A stretch of DNA of 63,677 bases, filler included, from Octopus bimaculoides (Eukaryota), in assembly GCF_001194135.2 (NCBI RefSeq). It is 6 parts of 5 records of this genome, joined end to end, with 100 filler letters (N's around TTAATTAATTAA, not from the genome) between each part and the next. Parts side by side here need not be neighbours in the genome. Positions count along the whole stretch, not along the records: positions 1 to 27,957 come from NC_068981.1; positions 28,058 to 32,548 come from NC_068994.1; positions 32,649 to 45,524 come from NC_068986.1; 3 more parts are not named here. One strand, 5' to 3'. This document shows, one piece after another, positions 26,300 to 37,560 of the stretch. The notes beneath the pieces are model-generated. The model was not told where the DNA came from and did not search any database. It saw only the letters and a program-made list of their open reading frames with translations. The position numbers were made by a program, and so were the translations under genes. How positions within the stretch are numbered: position 1 is the first letter of the stretch; the number at the start of each line of letters is the position of its first letter.

Positions 26300-26515
26300 C
26301 CCTTTAGTATTCAAATTACTCTGACAAATGTAATGCTTATCTTTCACATTATTTTGAATTAATCACGCATTATCTCATAGTTTCAAGATTCCAATGTAAT
26401 TGTTTATTTTTAGAATGTCATTGTAAGGTAGGCGTGAGAGGCCAGATTTGGCCAGTTTGAACAATGTAGAGGTGGAATACTTTGGGTAGATATGGCCAGT
26501 TTAAATGCTAGAGGG
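26300..26515 (-). mobile_element. ~216-bp TTAA-flanked MITE, same family as 23535-23742
   Basis: ATAA|ccctttagtattc...aatgctagaggg|TTAA. Internal caaatgtaatgcttat and ttttagaatgtcattgta are reverse complements of parts of the 23535 copy. Confidence 0.75.
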
Positions 26516-26785
26516 TTAATTTATCTTCTGGTTTAACATCACCACCAAATCCTTGGGTGATTTTAGCTTTAACTGATTCCGTTGTAAATACTTTAGCTAT
26601 ATCACCTGTTCCTCCTCACAAGTCTCAGAATCTTTGAAAAAAGAAAAATGTAGTTATGGGTGCTGAACTTCTGTCCCTAACTAAAACGTATAAAAGATAA
26701 TTTATTAGATTTATTTAAAGCTTAAACAAAAGGGGGAAATAGAACCAAGATAAAAAGTAAAATAACTGATATGATTTAGTAAAGA

Positions 26786-27122
26786 AGAACTGGACGGCAC
26801 TACATAATACCAAAGATCCCATCTCCTTCATCTCCAATAAGGCTCCAGTACTCGAACAACTTGGGTTTCAGGGGTCCACAGCTATTCGACATCCTGCCAA
26901 ACAATCTCAGAGATTTTCGAGATTTTCGAGATGTGGAGGTCTTCAAAGAGCGTCTGGACAAATTTTTATCTGAAATATCAGACGAACTAGCTTCGCGGCA
27001 AGAAGCGCATAGAAGAGCGGCTCCATCCAATTCCCTACTTTACCTAAAACAGTAAAGAAAGGAAAAGCACACACACTGAAAATGATGCTCCAGCATGGTT
27101 CCAGCCTATGACTGAAACCAGT
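26786..27122 (+). mobile_element. CR1-like LINE 3' end: ORF2 C-terminus plus 3' UTR
   Basis: RTGRHYIIPKIP...NNLGFRGPQLFDILPNNLRD...FKERLDKFLSEISDE...RAAPSNSL* (stop 27053-55) matches the CR1-clade C-terminal pattern as I recall it. It is followed by a SINE-B-like tail. Confidence 0.7.
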
Positions 27123-27329
27123 TCAATTTGTGTAAAATATTACATGCATTTACATACAAAAATAAATATATCTATACATAAACACACATACATACATGCA
27201 TGCATACCTTCAAGGCCTACATACATATTTATACACACCTACCTACCTACCTACCTACCTACCTACCTACATACATACATACATACATACATACATACAT
27301 GCATGCATGCACGCATACATGCTTCTTTA

Positions 27330-27935
27330 ACTTTGATTCAAAATGCCGTTTCCTGTCCTTCGGTGATGTAGGCCTTTGCCAACTTTTGCCACTTGCTCCA
27401 GTTTTGTGTTTCTCTAACACTTTAGTCCCAACTGCCAAGATCGTCTCGCCAACCGATTTGTTAAGGGCTCCGACTCGGTTTCTAGTTTTTAAAGGCCCAG
27501 TTGAGTAACGTCGAGGGTTAGTTATCGTCTGTCATTGTCATCACATAACCTGCCCAGTACCACTTCAACATGTATATACATTCAAGAAGGCCAAAGACAC
27601 CTGTCTATTTTCATATCTTCTGTATTTATACTCCTGCAATGTTGAGGATAATTTTTATTCTAGTGAGATCGAGGCATTATTCTTAAGTAGCAAATGAGAA
27701 TTTTTTTAAATGTCAGATGCCAGGTCGTAGAACTGCATATGTCTATTACTGGTATGCATTCGTGGCATACTCTTTTTTTTGGAATGATGGTGACGTTGAA
27801 CTTCGAGGTGCTATCTCGACTAAAACAAATTGCTTTCTCGGCAGAAAAACTGATATTCAGTGTAATTCTGCGCTTGATATCCTATTCCTTGTATCTCCAA
27901 ACCATTTCATTTTATTTACACTTCTGCTGTAATTT
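27330..27935 (-). mobile_element. Old RTE-clade LINE fragment (ORF C-terminus)
   Basis: Across frameshifts: DIKRRITL; KRVCHECIPV..CSSTTWHLT; LKWYWAGYV; GWRDDL; WQKLAKAYIT. These correspond to RTE EIKRRI / CILPVLTYGSETW / KWxWAGHV / RWRD / WRxLGKAF motifs. Confidence 0.7.
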
Positions 27936-28001
27936 CATATATATATATATATATATANNNNNNNNNNNNNNNNNNNNNNNNNNNNNNNNNNNNNNNNNNN
28001 N

Positions 28002-28013
28002 TTAATTAATTAA
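28002..28013. other. Artificial scaffold linker TTAATTAATTAA in 100-bp gap
   Basis: Exactly 44 N either side; palindromic, with stop codons in all six frames. Confidence 0.95.
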
Positions 28014-28057
28014 NNNNNNNNNNNNNNNNNNNNNNNNNNNNNNNNNNNNNNNNNNNN

Positions 28058-28316
28058 GTTGAGGTGCATAGGCTGAGATGACAGTAGCTAATCTATGATG
28101 AAGCACTAGTCTAATCTTAAGTACTCTGTCACTTACTCTAACGACCTCGATTACCTTATCCACCCATTTCTCCGCTAGAAGTATTCCTACGCCCCCGACC
28201 CCGTCAGTGTTCCCTGCCCAGAAAATCTTGTACCTGTGTTCTTTGCCTGTGAGGAACCTCGCAGAACCTCCTCTCCATCTTACTTCCTGGATGCAGCACA
28301 TATCTACACGTCTCCA
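28058..28316 (-). mobile_element. RTE-clade LINE apurinic-endonuclease (APE) fragment, open frame
   Basis: VDMCCIQEVRWRGGSARFLTGKEHRYKIFWAGNTDGVGGVGILLAEKW...VSDRVLKIRL...VISAYAPQ; truncated by a gap. Confidence 0.9.
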
Positions 28317-28883
28317 TATATATATATATATAACATTGGTTAATGCAGTGCAATCACCTAGAGGTTTTGAGTTCAATCCCAGGCAAGGTACTAAGGTAAT
28401 TAAAAAAAATAACAACTGAAGGAAAAAATGTCATGGATACAGAGAGCGGAATGAGAACAGTGCACCTTTGTGAATCAAATAAAGGGCTAGATTTGAAATT
28501 CTGATACAAAAATCAAGTTCACATAATTTAAAATTCCTCATCTAACAAATATAGAACTGTAATAAATTGTTATTTCTCTCCCTCTTTCCCCCCTCTCTCT
28601 CAAGTTGAGTATCCAGTCAGCTGTGCCAAATTGCCAGTTTCTGAACAGTCACACATACTCACCTTATTCTGATTGTATCACTGCATCCATTCCAGCTGAG
28701 CACTAAACACTATGCTCAGTTTTTCCCCTCCAGAACATTGCTTCTCTGGAATTCACTTCTTGTCCATGTTTTTCTCACAGCCACTGACTAAAAACTGTTA
28801 GCAGTCCTATGAAGACCTTAGGTACTGAGCTTTTCTCCAAATTAATCCAGTGAAAAACAAATCGAAATAATTCTTGTTTCTTT

Positions 28884-29332
28884 TGCATGGGAGTGGCTGT
28901 GTGGTAAGTAGCTTGCTTACCAACCACATGGTTCCGGGTTCAGTCCCACTGCGTGGCACCTTGGGAAAGTGTCTTCTACTATAGCCTCGGCCGACCAAAG
29001 CCTTGTGAGTGGATTTGGAAGATGGAAACTGAAAGAAGCCCATCGTATCTATGTATATATATATTATATGTATGTGTGTCTGTGTTTGTCCCACCCCCAC
29101 CATCGCTTGACAACTGATGCTGGTATGTTTACGTCCCCGTAACTTAGCGGTTCAGCAAAAGAGACCGATAGAATAAGTACTAGGCTTCCAAAGAATAAGT
29201 CCTGGGGTCGNNNNNNNNNNAATAAGTACTAGGCTTCCAAAGAATAAGTCCTGGGGTCGATTTTCTCGACTAAAGGCGGTGCTCCAGCATGGCCGCAGTC
29301 AAATGACTGAAACAAGTAAAAGTGTAAAAGAG
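28884..29332 (+). mobile_element. SINE family B, full length
   Basis: A box tggctgtgtgg, B box ggttcagtccc, caccttgggaaagtgtctt, internal microsatellite, and tail ...gactgaaacaagtaaaag. Confidence 0.93.
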
Positions 29333-29750
29333 TATATTCTTCTCTTCTTTTATTGGTTTCATTCATCAAGCTACTGTTATGCTGTCACAGCCTTCAGCGG
29401 TTTTAATTGATCATATCAGCTTTTGTACTTATTGCATTTTTGTACGTGTTTATTGATATCTGTTTGTTGGACTGCTATATTACAGTTTGTCTACACTGGT
29501 AAACATGAACATATATTTACATACAAATGCATACACACATTCATACACACACTCACACATATATAACCTGCTTTACACAGTTTCTGCCTACCGAATTCCA
29601 TTCCCCACTCAAGGCTATAAAATGTATGCATGCAATCACATATGCATGCATGCATGCACACACACACACACACACATTTAAGCTCGTAGGTGCAAAAATA
29701 GTACTCGAATACTAAAGGTTGAGTAAAATATTATTTTATTGAAGCTGAAA

Positions 29751-29853
29751 TGAGTTTCAGATAGCCGATCATCAGACAGTCATGAGTATTTAGAACAATG
29801 CATTGTTCTGAATATGCACCATGACTGTCTGATGATTGGTTATGTGAAACTCA
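29751..29853 (+). ncRNA. 103-nt long hairpin; candidate pri-miRNA or other structured RNA
   Basis: Outer arms 29751-29784 and 29820-29853 form 34 pairs (31 WC, 2 GU, 1 GG). A 2x5 internal loop follows, then an inner stem 29787-29814 (14 pairs, 1 UG). The hairpin is certain; miRNA status is inference. Confidence 0.35.
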
Positions 29854-29940
29854 GAGTAATAATTTTGTGAAGTTTTTCAGCTTCAATAAAATACTATATG
29901 CATGCATAGACACACACACACACGAATGCATGCATACACA

Positions 29941-29983
<43 letters not shown>

Positions 29984-30079
29984 TGTCTTTCTTTTTTACT
30001 TGCTGGATCTAGAAGAGAGGGCAATGCTCCTGACCTTTGCAAGTCTTCCAAAGCTGGTGAAATTGCTGCTGTTAATGTT

Positions 30080-32548
30080 TTAATATCTCTTACATTTAGG
30101 GTTCAAGTCCAGTGTTTCTGTTCTTTTCTGATTTCTGGTACTAGAATGTGTAGTTCAAATTGTTTGGGTGTTGATACTTCAACTTGTCCTACAATATTTC
30201 CATATAGATTTCGTTTCCCATGACTGTTTTTTCCGTAAATCTTTTCTTAAGCTAATGTGTTTTGTATTTGACATTTTTTTTTCTTTTACTAGGAATGTCA
30301 TTCTTTCAATTTGTTTAATTATTACACCATCCTCTCAGCTTTCTTTACCATATCTATAGGTTTAAAAAAAAAAACTTTGTCACCTAACTTGAGGAATTTT
30401 GAAGTATTTTTGTTGTTCGCCTTTCTTTATTTTCACTTGGTATCAGCTTATCAAAAACGGATCTGATCTTTCTACCAAATATTAATTTTGCAGGTGACAT
30501 TCCTGACAGTGTATTCTGATTAGGTATACTCTTAGAAATTGTTGGAGTGAAAAATCGTCCATCACTTCATTGTTTGCCCTTTTCAATACCCTCTTGAAAG
30601 TGTCAACAAGAGGCTCTGCTTGTTCATTTGACCTAGGATGATAGGGCAGAGTGGTGACATGTTTGATGATGAACACTTTGCAAAATTTTCTGAACTCATC
30701 TGATGTGAATTGAGTTCCATTATCAGATACAATGGTATTCAGAATACTATACCTGGCAAACAATTTGTGTAAGAGGCTTATTGTAACTGCAGACGTTGGC
30801 TTTTAACATTTATGCACTTCTGGCCACTTTGAAAAACTATCCACCACAACAAGGTAGTATGAACCCTCAAGTTGACCTGTGTAATCAATATGCCGTCTGG
30901 CCCATGAAACATCTGCTTTTGACCACAGTTGCCATTTTGTGGTAGGTAATTTTGCAGCTAAGGCACATCCTGTGCATACTTTCACCAATTCTTCAATGCC
31001 ATGCTCCATTGTTGGCCAATATCCATAGCTTCTCATTAATGATTTTATTCTCAAAATCCCTGGGTGACTCGTGAAATTCCTTTAATAATCGCTTTTGTAG
31101 TGTGACTGGCACTATGACTCTTTGTGCATACATCAACACATTGTCTCATTAGGAAATGGTTTGCATTTGTGTTGCACATATTTTTACCTCTTTTAGTCTT
31201 CAATATTTCTTTCATTTTTATAATAAAGTTATTGTTTTCCAATTTCAATTTTATGTCTTGTAAAGTCACTGGCAGTTCACAAATAATGTTACACAAAACC
31301 TTTTTAATTTCATTTTCTGCTTGTAAAGTGACAATCATGGTATCTTCAAATTGTTCCGCATTTTTTAAAATCAGTCTTGATAGACAATCCGCATGACCTA
31401 GTTTCTTAGATGATATATATTTCATCTTGAAATCATAGTTTAATAATATTGTACCCCTATTAGCAGTATGGGTAGGAATTCCTTTTTTCCACCCCAAAAT
31501 CAATAATAACGGATGGTGATCATTCTGTAGGCGAAAACTTCGACCATGTAAAACTCTGTGAAATTTTTTCATGGCAAAAATGATTACTAGAGCCTCTTTT
31601 TCGATTTGACTATAATTTTTTTCTACTGATATCAAAGAACATGAGGCATGAACCACCACCTTCATGTTACCATCTTTATATTTATGTAGTATTACAGCTC
31701 CTTTACCATACTCACAAGTGTTTGAAGCTACAACAATCTCTGGTGCAGGATCGAAGTGTGTTAACAACAAATCAGATATTAGTATTTTCTTTATTTTGTC
31801 AAATGTCTTTTGGCAATTTTCCGAACAATTCTATTTCATATCTTTTTTCAACTAATTAGTCAGTGGAACCCTCACCTTATTTATATTTGGAATATAATTT
31901 GGTAATAGTCTGCCAAATTCTAAAAATGTTTGTAAGGTCATTATATTAGTAAGAGGGGTCATATTTTTAATTGTTTTTGCTCTCAACGGGTCTGGTTGAT
32001 GTCCATTTCTGTCAATGATTTGTCCTAAATATCTTATTTTCAGCAAGAAAAATTCACACTTTTCTTCACTCAAAGTAAAGCTGTAATCCCTAATTTCTTC
32101 AAGTACATATTTTATGTCTTCTATGTGTTGATCCCTGGATTTGCTTTTATTGTGTATATCATCCAGATATGGAATTGCAAATTCACAGTTCACTAACATT
32201 GCATCTGTTGAAAAATCGCTGGCGTGACTTTTAAGCCAAATGGTAGCCTGTTGTATTCATATAGTTGTTTATGTTTGTTAATTGTTTGGTATTTAGAGCA
32301 TTCATCATCTACTCTAATTTGTAGGTATGCATCAGAGAGATCCAATTTAGAAAATATTTTGCCACTGTTTAATTTCACAAAAATATCTCTGGAGTAGGTA
32401 GTGGATAGTGGCACATTTTAAGACATTCATTTAAACCAGTGGAAAAATCAAATAACACTCTGATTTTATTATTCTTTTTCTTAATGTACACAGTTGGTGC
32501 TGCCCATTCAGAGTATTCCACTTTTTGGATAACTCCAATTTTTTCTAG
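30080..32548 (-). mobile_element. Ty3/Gypsy LTR-retrotransposon pol pseudogene (RT-RNaseH-integrase; K02A2.6/Mag-like)
   Basis: RT: SEWAAPTV, FSKLDLSDAYLQI, RLPFG, YLDDI. RNaseH: YSQIEKEAL, NDHHPL. Integrase: YWPTM..CTGC, HIDY, VVVDSFSKWPE, IVSDNGTQF, YHPRSNEQAE. Order is RT-RH-INT, with many frameshifts. The 5' end is cut by a scaffold join and no 3' LTR is seen. Confidence 0.95.
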
Positions 32549-32592
32549 NNNNNNNNNNNNNNNNNNNNNNNNNNNNNNNNNNNNNNNNNNNN

Positions 32593-32604
32593 TTAATTAA
32601 TTAA
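32593..32604. other. Artificial scaffold linker TTAATTAATTAA
   Basis: 44 N on each side. Confidence 0.95.
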
Positions 32605-33734
32605 NNNNNNNNNNNNNNNNNNNNNNNNNNNNNNNNNNNNNNNNNNNNTATATGCGAGTAAAGATAAATACAAAAAAGGGGGTTTGTATGATTGTGTATA
32701 GAGGAATATATTATTTTGTTTAAAAGAGTTCCAACACTGTCTGTTTTTTATGTTTTATTTATATTCCTGCAAAACCAATGTGGGATATAGAATATGGAAT
32801 ATACAATATATAATATAATATACAATATATAATATAAAATAAAAATGGATGGTACTATGAAATAAAGTATTGAATGTCTTATCGAATATATGGAATATGT
32901 CTTATTGAATAGATGAAATATTGAGTGTTCAATATAAAGGATGTATATATATATATATATGTATATATATGTATATGTTGACACACACACATACAGATAT
33001 GCATGAGTGTGTGTATGAGTGTGTATTTGCGTTTGTGTGTGTGTGTTTGTGTGTGTGTGTCTGTGTGTGTGTCTGTGTAATACTTTATCTTCCGCCATTT
33101 TAATCATATAGTTGTAAGGATGCAGAGATACAGTGTAATCTATGTTTGATTAGCTGCATTGAGCTGAGGTCTTTTCCACCATGAGCAAAACAACCTCACT
33201 AACCCCAGTTAATGAGATCACTGTAAAGATGAAAATAACCTCGCTGGCTCTTTCCGTTGGATATTCCACAAGAAAACATTCTTCACGACTGTCATGCATA
33301 CATGATTTGCTGTATCTCTCATGACACAACAGCACCATGGGAGACGCAGTCAAGCAGGTAGGAAGAAGACATGTAAAAATCTACCTTATTATTTCCGTGA
33401 CGCATGTTTGGCGGCTTTCTTTCATAGAAACATTTCCTAGAAACAATTTAATTTCATTTATCACCTCAACGTTTCGGTTCACATGATAAATGAGATAAAT
33501 AAGTTATTTTTATCATTTTATTCGTTCTTTTTAACATAAAGTTAATCTTTGTATATGTGTGTGTGTGTGTGCGTGTGTGAAACACAAAGATTGATACAGA
33601 CTTCTCCGTTTGGAGAGAAGACATTGTGAAATGTCTCTGTCAAGTTTTGAATATATCGGGATCGTATGTTTAAATGCGACCAAACGCTGTGTAATGTTTA
33701 TTATTATTCAAGTCGTCCAGCTTACAGAATCTTT

Positions 33735-34480
33735 ATCGTGCCGGGAAAAATTACTTAGCGACATTTCGTCCATTACTATGTTCTGAATTCAAATGCTGCC
33801 GATGTCGATTTTGCCTTTTTCCCTTTCGGGGTCGATAAAGAAAATACCAGTTGAGTACCGGAGTCGATGTACTTGACTTATTCCCCCCCCCCAATTACCG
33901 ACTTTGTGCTATAATTAGAAACCAGTATTTAATGTTATGTTTGCTTTTGTTTTTATACAAAGGCAGTGTGCTTACAAAATAGTTAGTGCGTCGGACAAAA
34001 TGCTTAGCGGCGTTTCTTCTGACACTTCACGTACTGAACTCAAACACAGCCGAGGTCGACTTTGATTTCCTCCTGTTAAAATGAAGTACCAATTATGTAA
34101 TAGGGATGATGAAATTGACATTATAATATTTAACCAAGGTTCAAATTCCGTCGAGGTCGACTTCACCTTTCGGCTTTTCGAGGTCGATGAAGTAAGAACC
34201 AGTTGTATACATCGGTTTATCTGACCCCTAGAAATTGATGACCTTCTGCTTTTAGTAGAAGGGGTTATCTTAATTATCAGCATCAAGGCAGTAAGCTGGC
34301 AGACTCGTTAACGCGTCGGTCAAACTACTTAGCGGCATTTCTTCTGGCACCTTGTTTTGTGTTCAAACTCTGCCAAGGTCGACATTGATTTCATTCTGAT
34401 AAAATCAAGTACAAGTTGGTGTAATCGACTTGGTCCCACCCTTCAAAATTATAGGCTTTCTGTCAAAATTAAAAGGATTC
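33735..34480 (+). mobile_element. Cluster of four co-oriented SINE A copies or fragments
   Basis: About 33735-33925, 33962-34110, 34135-34275 and 34287-34480; each has gtcgac/gtcgat core pieces and/or the ttagcggc head. Confidence 0.85.
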
Positions 34481-35215
34481 TGCTACATGTTTGCACTTCT
34501 TTCTCATTGATTTTATGGCATCTGGTTGGTTTGGCTATTCAAAAATTAAAGTTTATCGGAAATTTTAACATTTGGCATAATAATGTACATTTCCAAGCTT
34601 TTCACGTTTTACAGAAACAGGTTTTTAAAACGTTATAGAGTTTTAAAGTTTGATCATTTTCGCCCAATCAGGAAACAAGATTTGGAAGCTGTCATTTTGT
34701 ACGTGACTGCACCTTTTGTCAACACCCTGAAAATAGCACTTGTTGTTAATATTTGTAAACAATTGAATATGCATTTAATGCGATAGCTCGAACTTAAAGA
34801 TTTATCCAAAAAAACGTTATTTAGCTGTTATTTTTAGCACATCTCACAACTAGCTCAATGAAAAAAAAAAAGAAACGGGTAAACAAGTAGTTTACGTATT
34901 CAATATGAATTAAAAGCAAATGTGATGAGCACACGTTACATGTGATAAACACATTACAATTTCCCCCACCACAAATGGGTGTCAATGCAGTTTTAACAAA
35001 AAGATTTGGAAGAATTAGATGAAACTTCTCCGGTAATTTTCTTTCGTGCAAATAAATGCTTATGTCAATTAAAAAATTTGCTCACAAAATCTTATAAAAT
35101 GACAATGTTTTAAAAGATGTACAAGTTTATATGCTATATATGTAAATAAAAGAGTGAACAAAAAAACAAACATTTAAGCATGCAACAGGCTACACATTAC
35201 AAAATACTCTTAAAA

Positions 35216-35790
35216 TTAAAAACGAAAGTTAGAAATACATTCAATCAGTTTCTCAAACAAATTACAATTTTCGTATCTTCTGCGTCTCATAATTTCCCAG
35301 AGATATGAATCAATCAAAGAACGGTGAGTACCACAGCGTCGTTTGTTACCTCGCTTCACAGAGGCCCACGTACTCTCCACTTGTTGAGTGTGGGTACCAT
35401 GTTTCGGGTTAACAAACCCAACGCTGTAGTTCACCGTTCTATGCTCAAAATTGTAACCATTAATTTCAGAAATGTGAGAGTACGTCCTCCACAAATCGCT
35501 GAAAATTGTGGTTCCAGGAAGAATCGAGTAACGTATGCATTCTTCCAGTGTGTCACGAATCCGACATGTCACCGCATACAGAAAAAAACCTGTCTGGTCT
35601 CGCGACACACTCCTCCGAGAACCCACTGCTCAGGTAGAACCCTTCCTCGGTTAAACTTACGTCTTGAGAAGACTGTTTTATCTCAACAATCTTCCCAGGA
35701 CCACTTGTTACTATAGAAACAGGCACGTGCTTTCTCGCAGACAAAACAGTTCTCATGTTCCACTTGCTATTATGGAAACAGTTATGAATG
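35216..35790 (-). mobile_element. Merlin-superfamily (IS1595/ISXO2-like) DDE transposase pseudogene
   Basis: GPGKIVEI; (frameshift) [22 protein letters not shown]; ILPGTTIFSDLWRTY; HRTVNYSVGFVNP..GTHTQQVESTW; IDSYLWE. TIRs were not identified. Confidence 0.88.
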
Positions 35791-36342
35791 TTATCTGTGG
35801 CTTACGATTGACTAAAATTACTCCAAATCTTCAAACTTTATTTGCTAATAACTATTTATTTATTGATTTATAGCAAACATTATTTTCTCTTCATTCAATT
35901 TACCAATAAAAATATATCATTTAACTGAATATGAAACCAACTGAAATTGATTTGATGCTGGCAGCCAAACCGACTAGATCCATTTTATGCAAGTTGAAAT
36001 GCCGTTAAGAAAAAGGACAGGCTTGTTTTCTGGAAATTAAAGGACAGCCGTTGATCTGTGTTTCTGTCTCAATAGCCGTCATCAGCCCGACAATCGCCTG
36101 ACCTTATTCCCAGTAGGTAAAGGACTTAAAGAAGAAAGAAACATTTATGGCTTGAGGTAATTTGCATAATTTAAACAAAAATGAGCTGAGAGAAATGACT
36201 GATATATTAAAATTGTGTCTATTTGAAGAGAATCTGTCATAATTACCAAACCACCATTAAGACCAGCTCCACTTGAGAAGGGGAGATAATCTTAAGAATC
36301 AAGAATTTCTCTAAAGTTGATATGCCAGGGAAGAAAAGTGTA

Positions 36343-36470
36343 GGCTTCGCCTGGTCAAGTGGTTAGGGCGTTGCAGTCACGATTGCGAAGCTGTGGTTTT
36401 GATACCTGGACCGGCGGTGCGTTGTGTTCAAGAGCAAAAGACTTCATCTCAACGCTGGTCTGCAATCTGT
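36343..36470 (+). mobile_element. SINE D-type head fragment
   Basis: tggtcaagtggttagggcgttgcagtcacgattgcgaagctgtggttttgatacctggaccggcggtgcgttgtgttcaagagcaa. Confidence 0.65.
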
Positions 36471-37169
36471 TCGACATCTCACGAGTGCAGTACCGTGCAC
36501 CAGTACAACCAATGAGGATTTGATGGAAGGAGAGATACTTACTTTAAATATAAATATAAATGAGATATCTGAATTATTTTTAATGTTATTGAAATTGTTA
36601 AACGTAAAATACAAGTGCATCTCTTTGTAATTTATTTAGACATACCAGCTCGTTTCGGAAACGCAAAAAGAACATTTGCTATTTATTCCAATAATCTACG
36701 AGCTTTCTTTGCCGCAGTTGAAAAAAAGAAGCTAAAATAAAATAAAATAAGCGCAGAAAAACAACTTTTACGAATAGAAATTTTATTTAGTTATGTTAAT
36801 TGAAAGCTTCTTTAATGAAGCAGATGTCTTTGTTTGAAGCCATTCACCTTTTAAGAGCAGACAGCGTGTTAGTGATTAGTGGCGACCTCTTTCATGCACA
36901 AGTTGACTTTATTCTGAATCATTGTCTCCAGAATTCGCTTTGTATCTTCATTTTTTTCTGTAAAAAATAAAATTCACTGCTTTCAAATCTTTAATTAATC
37001 ACTTCTCTGACAACTCTACGTTTTTTTTACTTCATTTATGTGAAATAATTAACACTGAATCTGCTGCACTAAATACGAAACGAAGTATAACTATGCCCGT
37101 GTTATGTCATACCCGTATTGTCATACGCGTATTATGTGATGGCCGTAGTATTATTTTTCAAATTCGTTG

Positions 37170-37560
37170 CATTCGTTTCACCGATAGGAACGGTGATGGC
37201 CTAAGTTTTTTGGAATACATAAAGCATTGAGCTTATTGAATAACTACAAAAATGTTGACACGATCAATGGAGAGTACGATGTGAACTTGCTGAGGCAGTT
37301 AGGGAAGTCTGTCAAGACACACTGCCCAGGAAAACTGATGAAGGTAGTCATGTTTCATCAGGACAATTTCTCCAACGCACAAGTTTTCCGTTTCAACGGC
37401 TGTTTGTGCATGACTGTGGCTTTGAACTAATTGATCACGCTCTCTATTCTCCTGATTTGACCCCATCTGAGTCACATTGGTTCCCCAATATTAAAAACGC
37501 ACTTCACTGGGAACTCGGTGCGCAGTGATGACGACGTCATATCTATTGTTGATAACTTGT
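37170..37560 (+). mobile_element. Mariner transposase fragment (third lineage)
   Basis: GTVMA.VFW; TINGEYDVNLLRQL; KVVMFHQDN; DCGFELIDHALYSPDLTPS..HWFPNIK. Confidence 0.85.

Noticed and set aside
28002-28013. TTAATTAATTAA as a homeodomain or PacI-type biological element
   Set aside because: It always sits at the centre of exactly 100-bp N gaps, so it is an assembly linker.
29829-29853. CUGAUGA...GAAAC spacing resembling a hammerhead ribozyme core in the hairpin's 3' arm (and on the minus strand of the 5' arm)
   Set aside because: Helix II cannot form (U10.1/U11.1, no stem in ttggttatgt), and the only complementary partner is the antisense arm that would sequester the core.
36816-36970. Short + strand ORF containing GDLFH and VDFIL (Mre11-like words)
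   Set aside because: The motifs are in the wrong order and spacing, and the rest of the phosphoesterase fold is absent. Likely chance.
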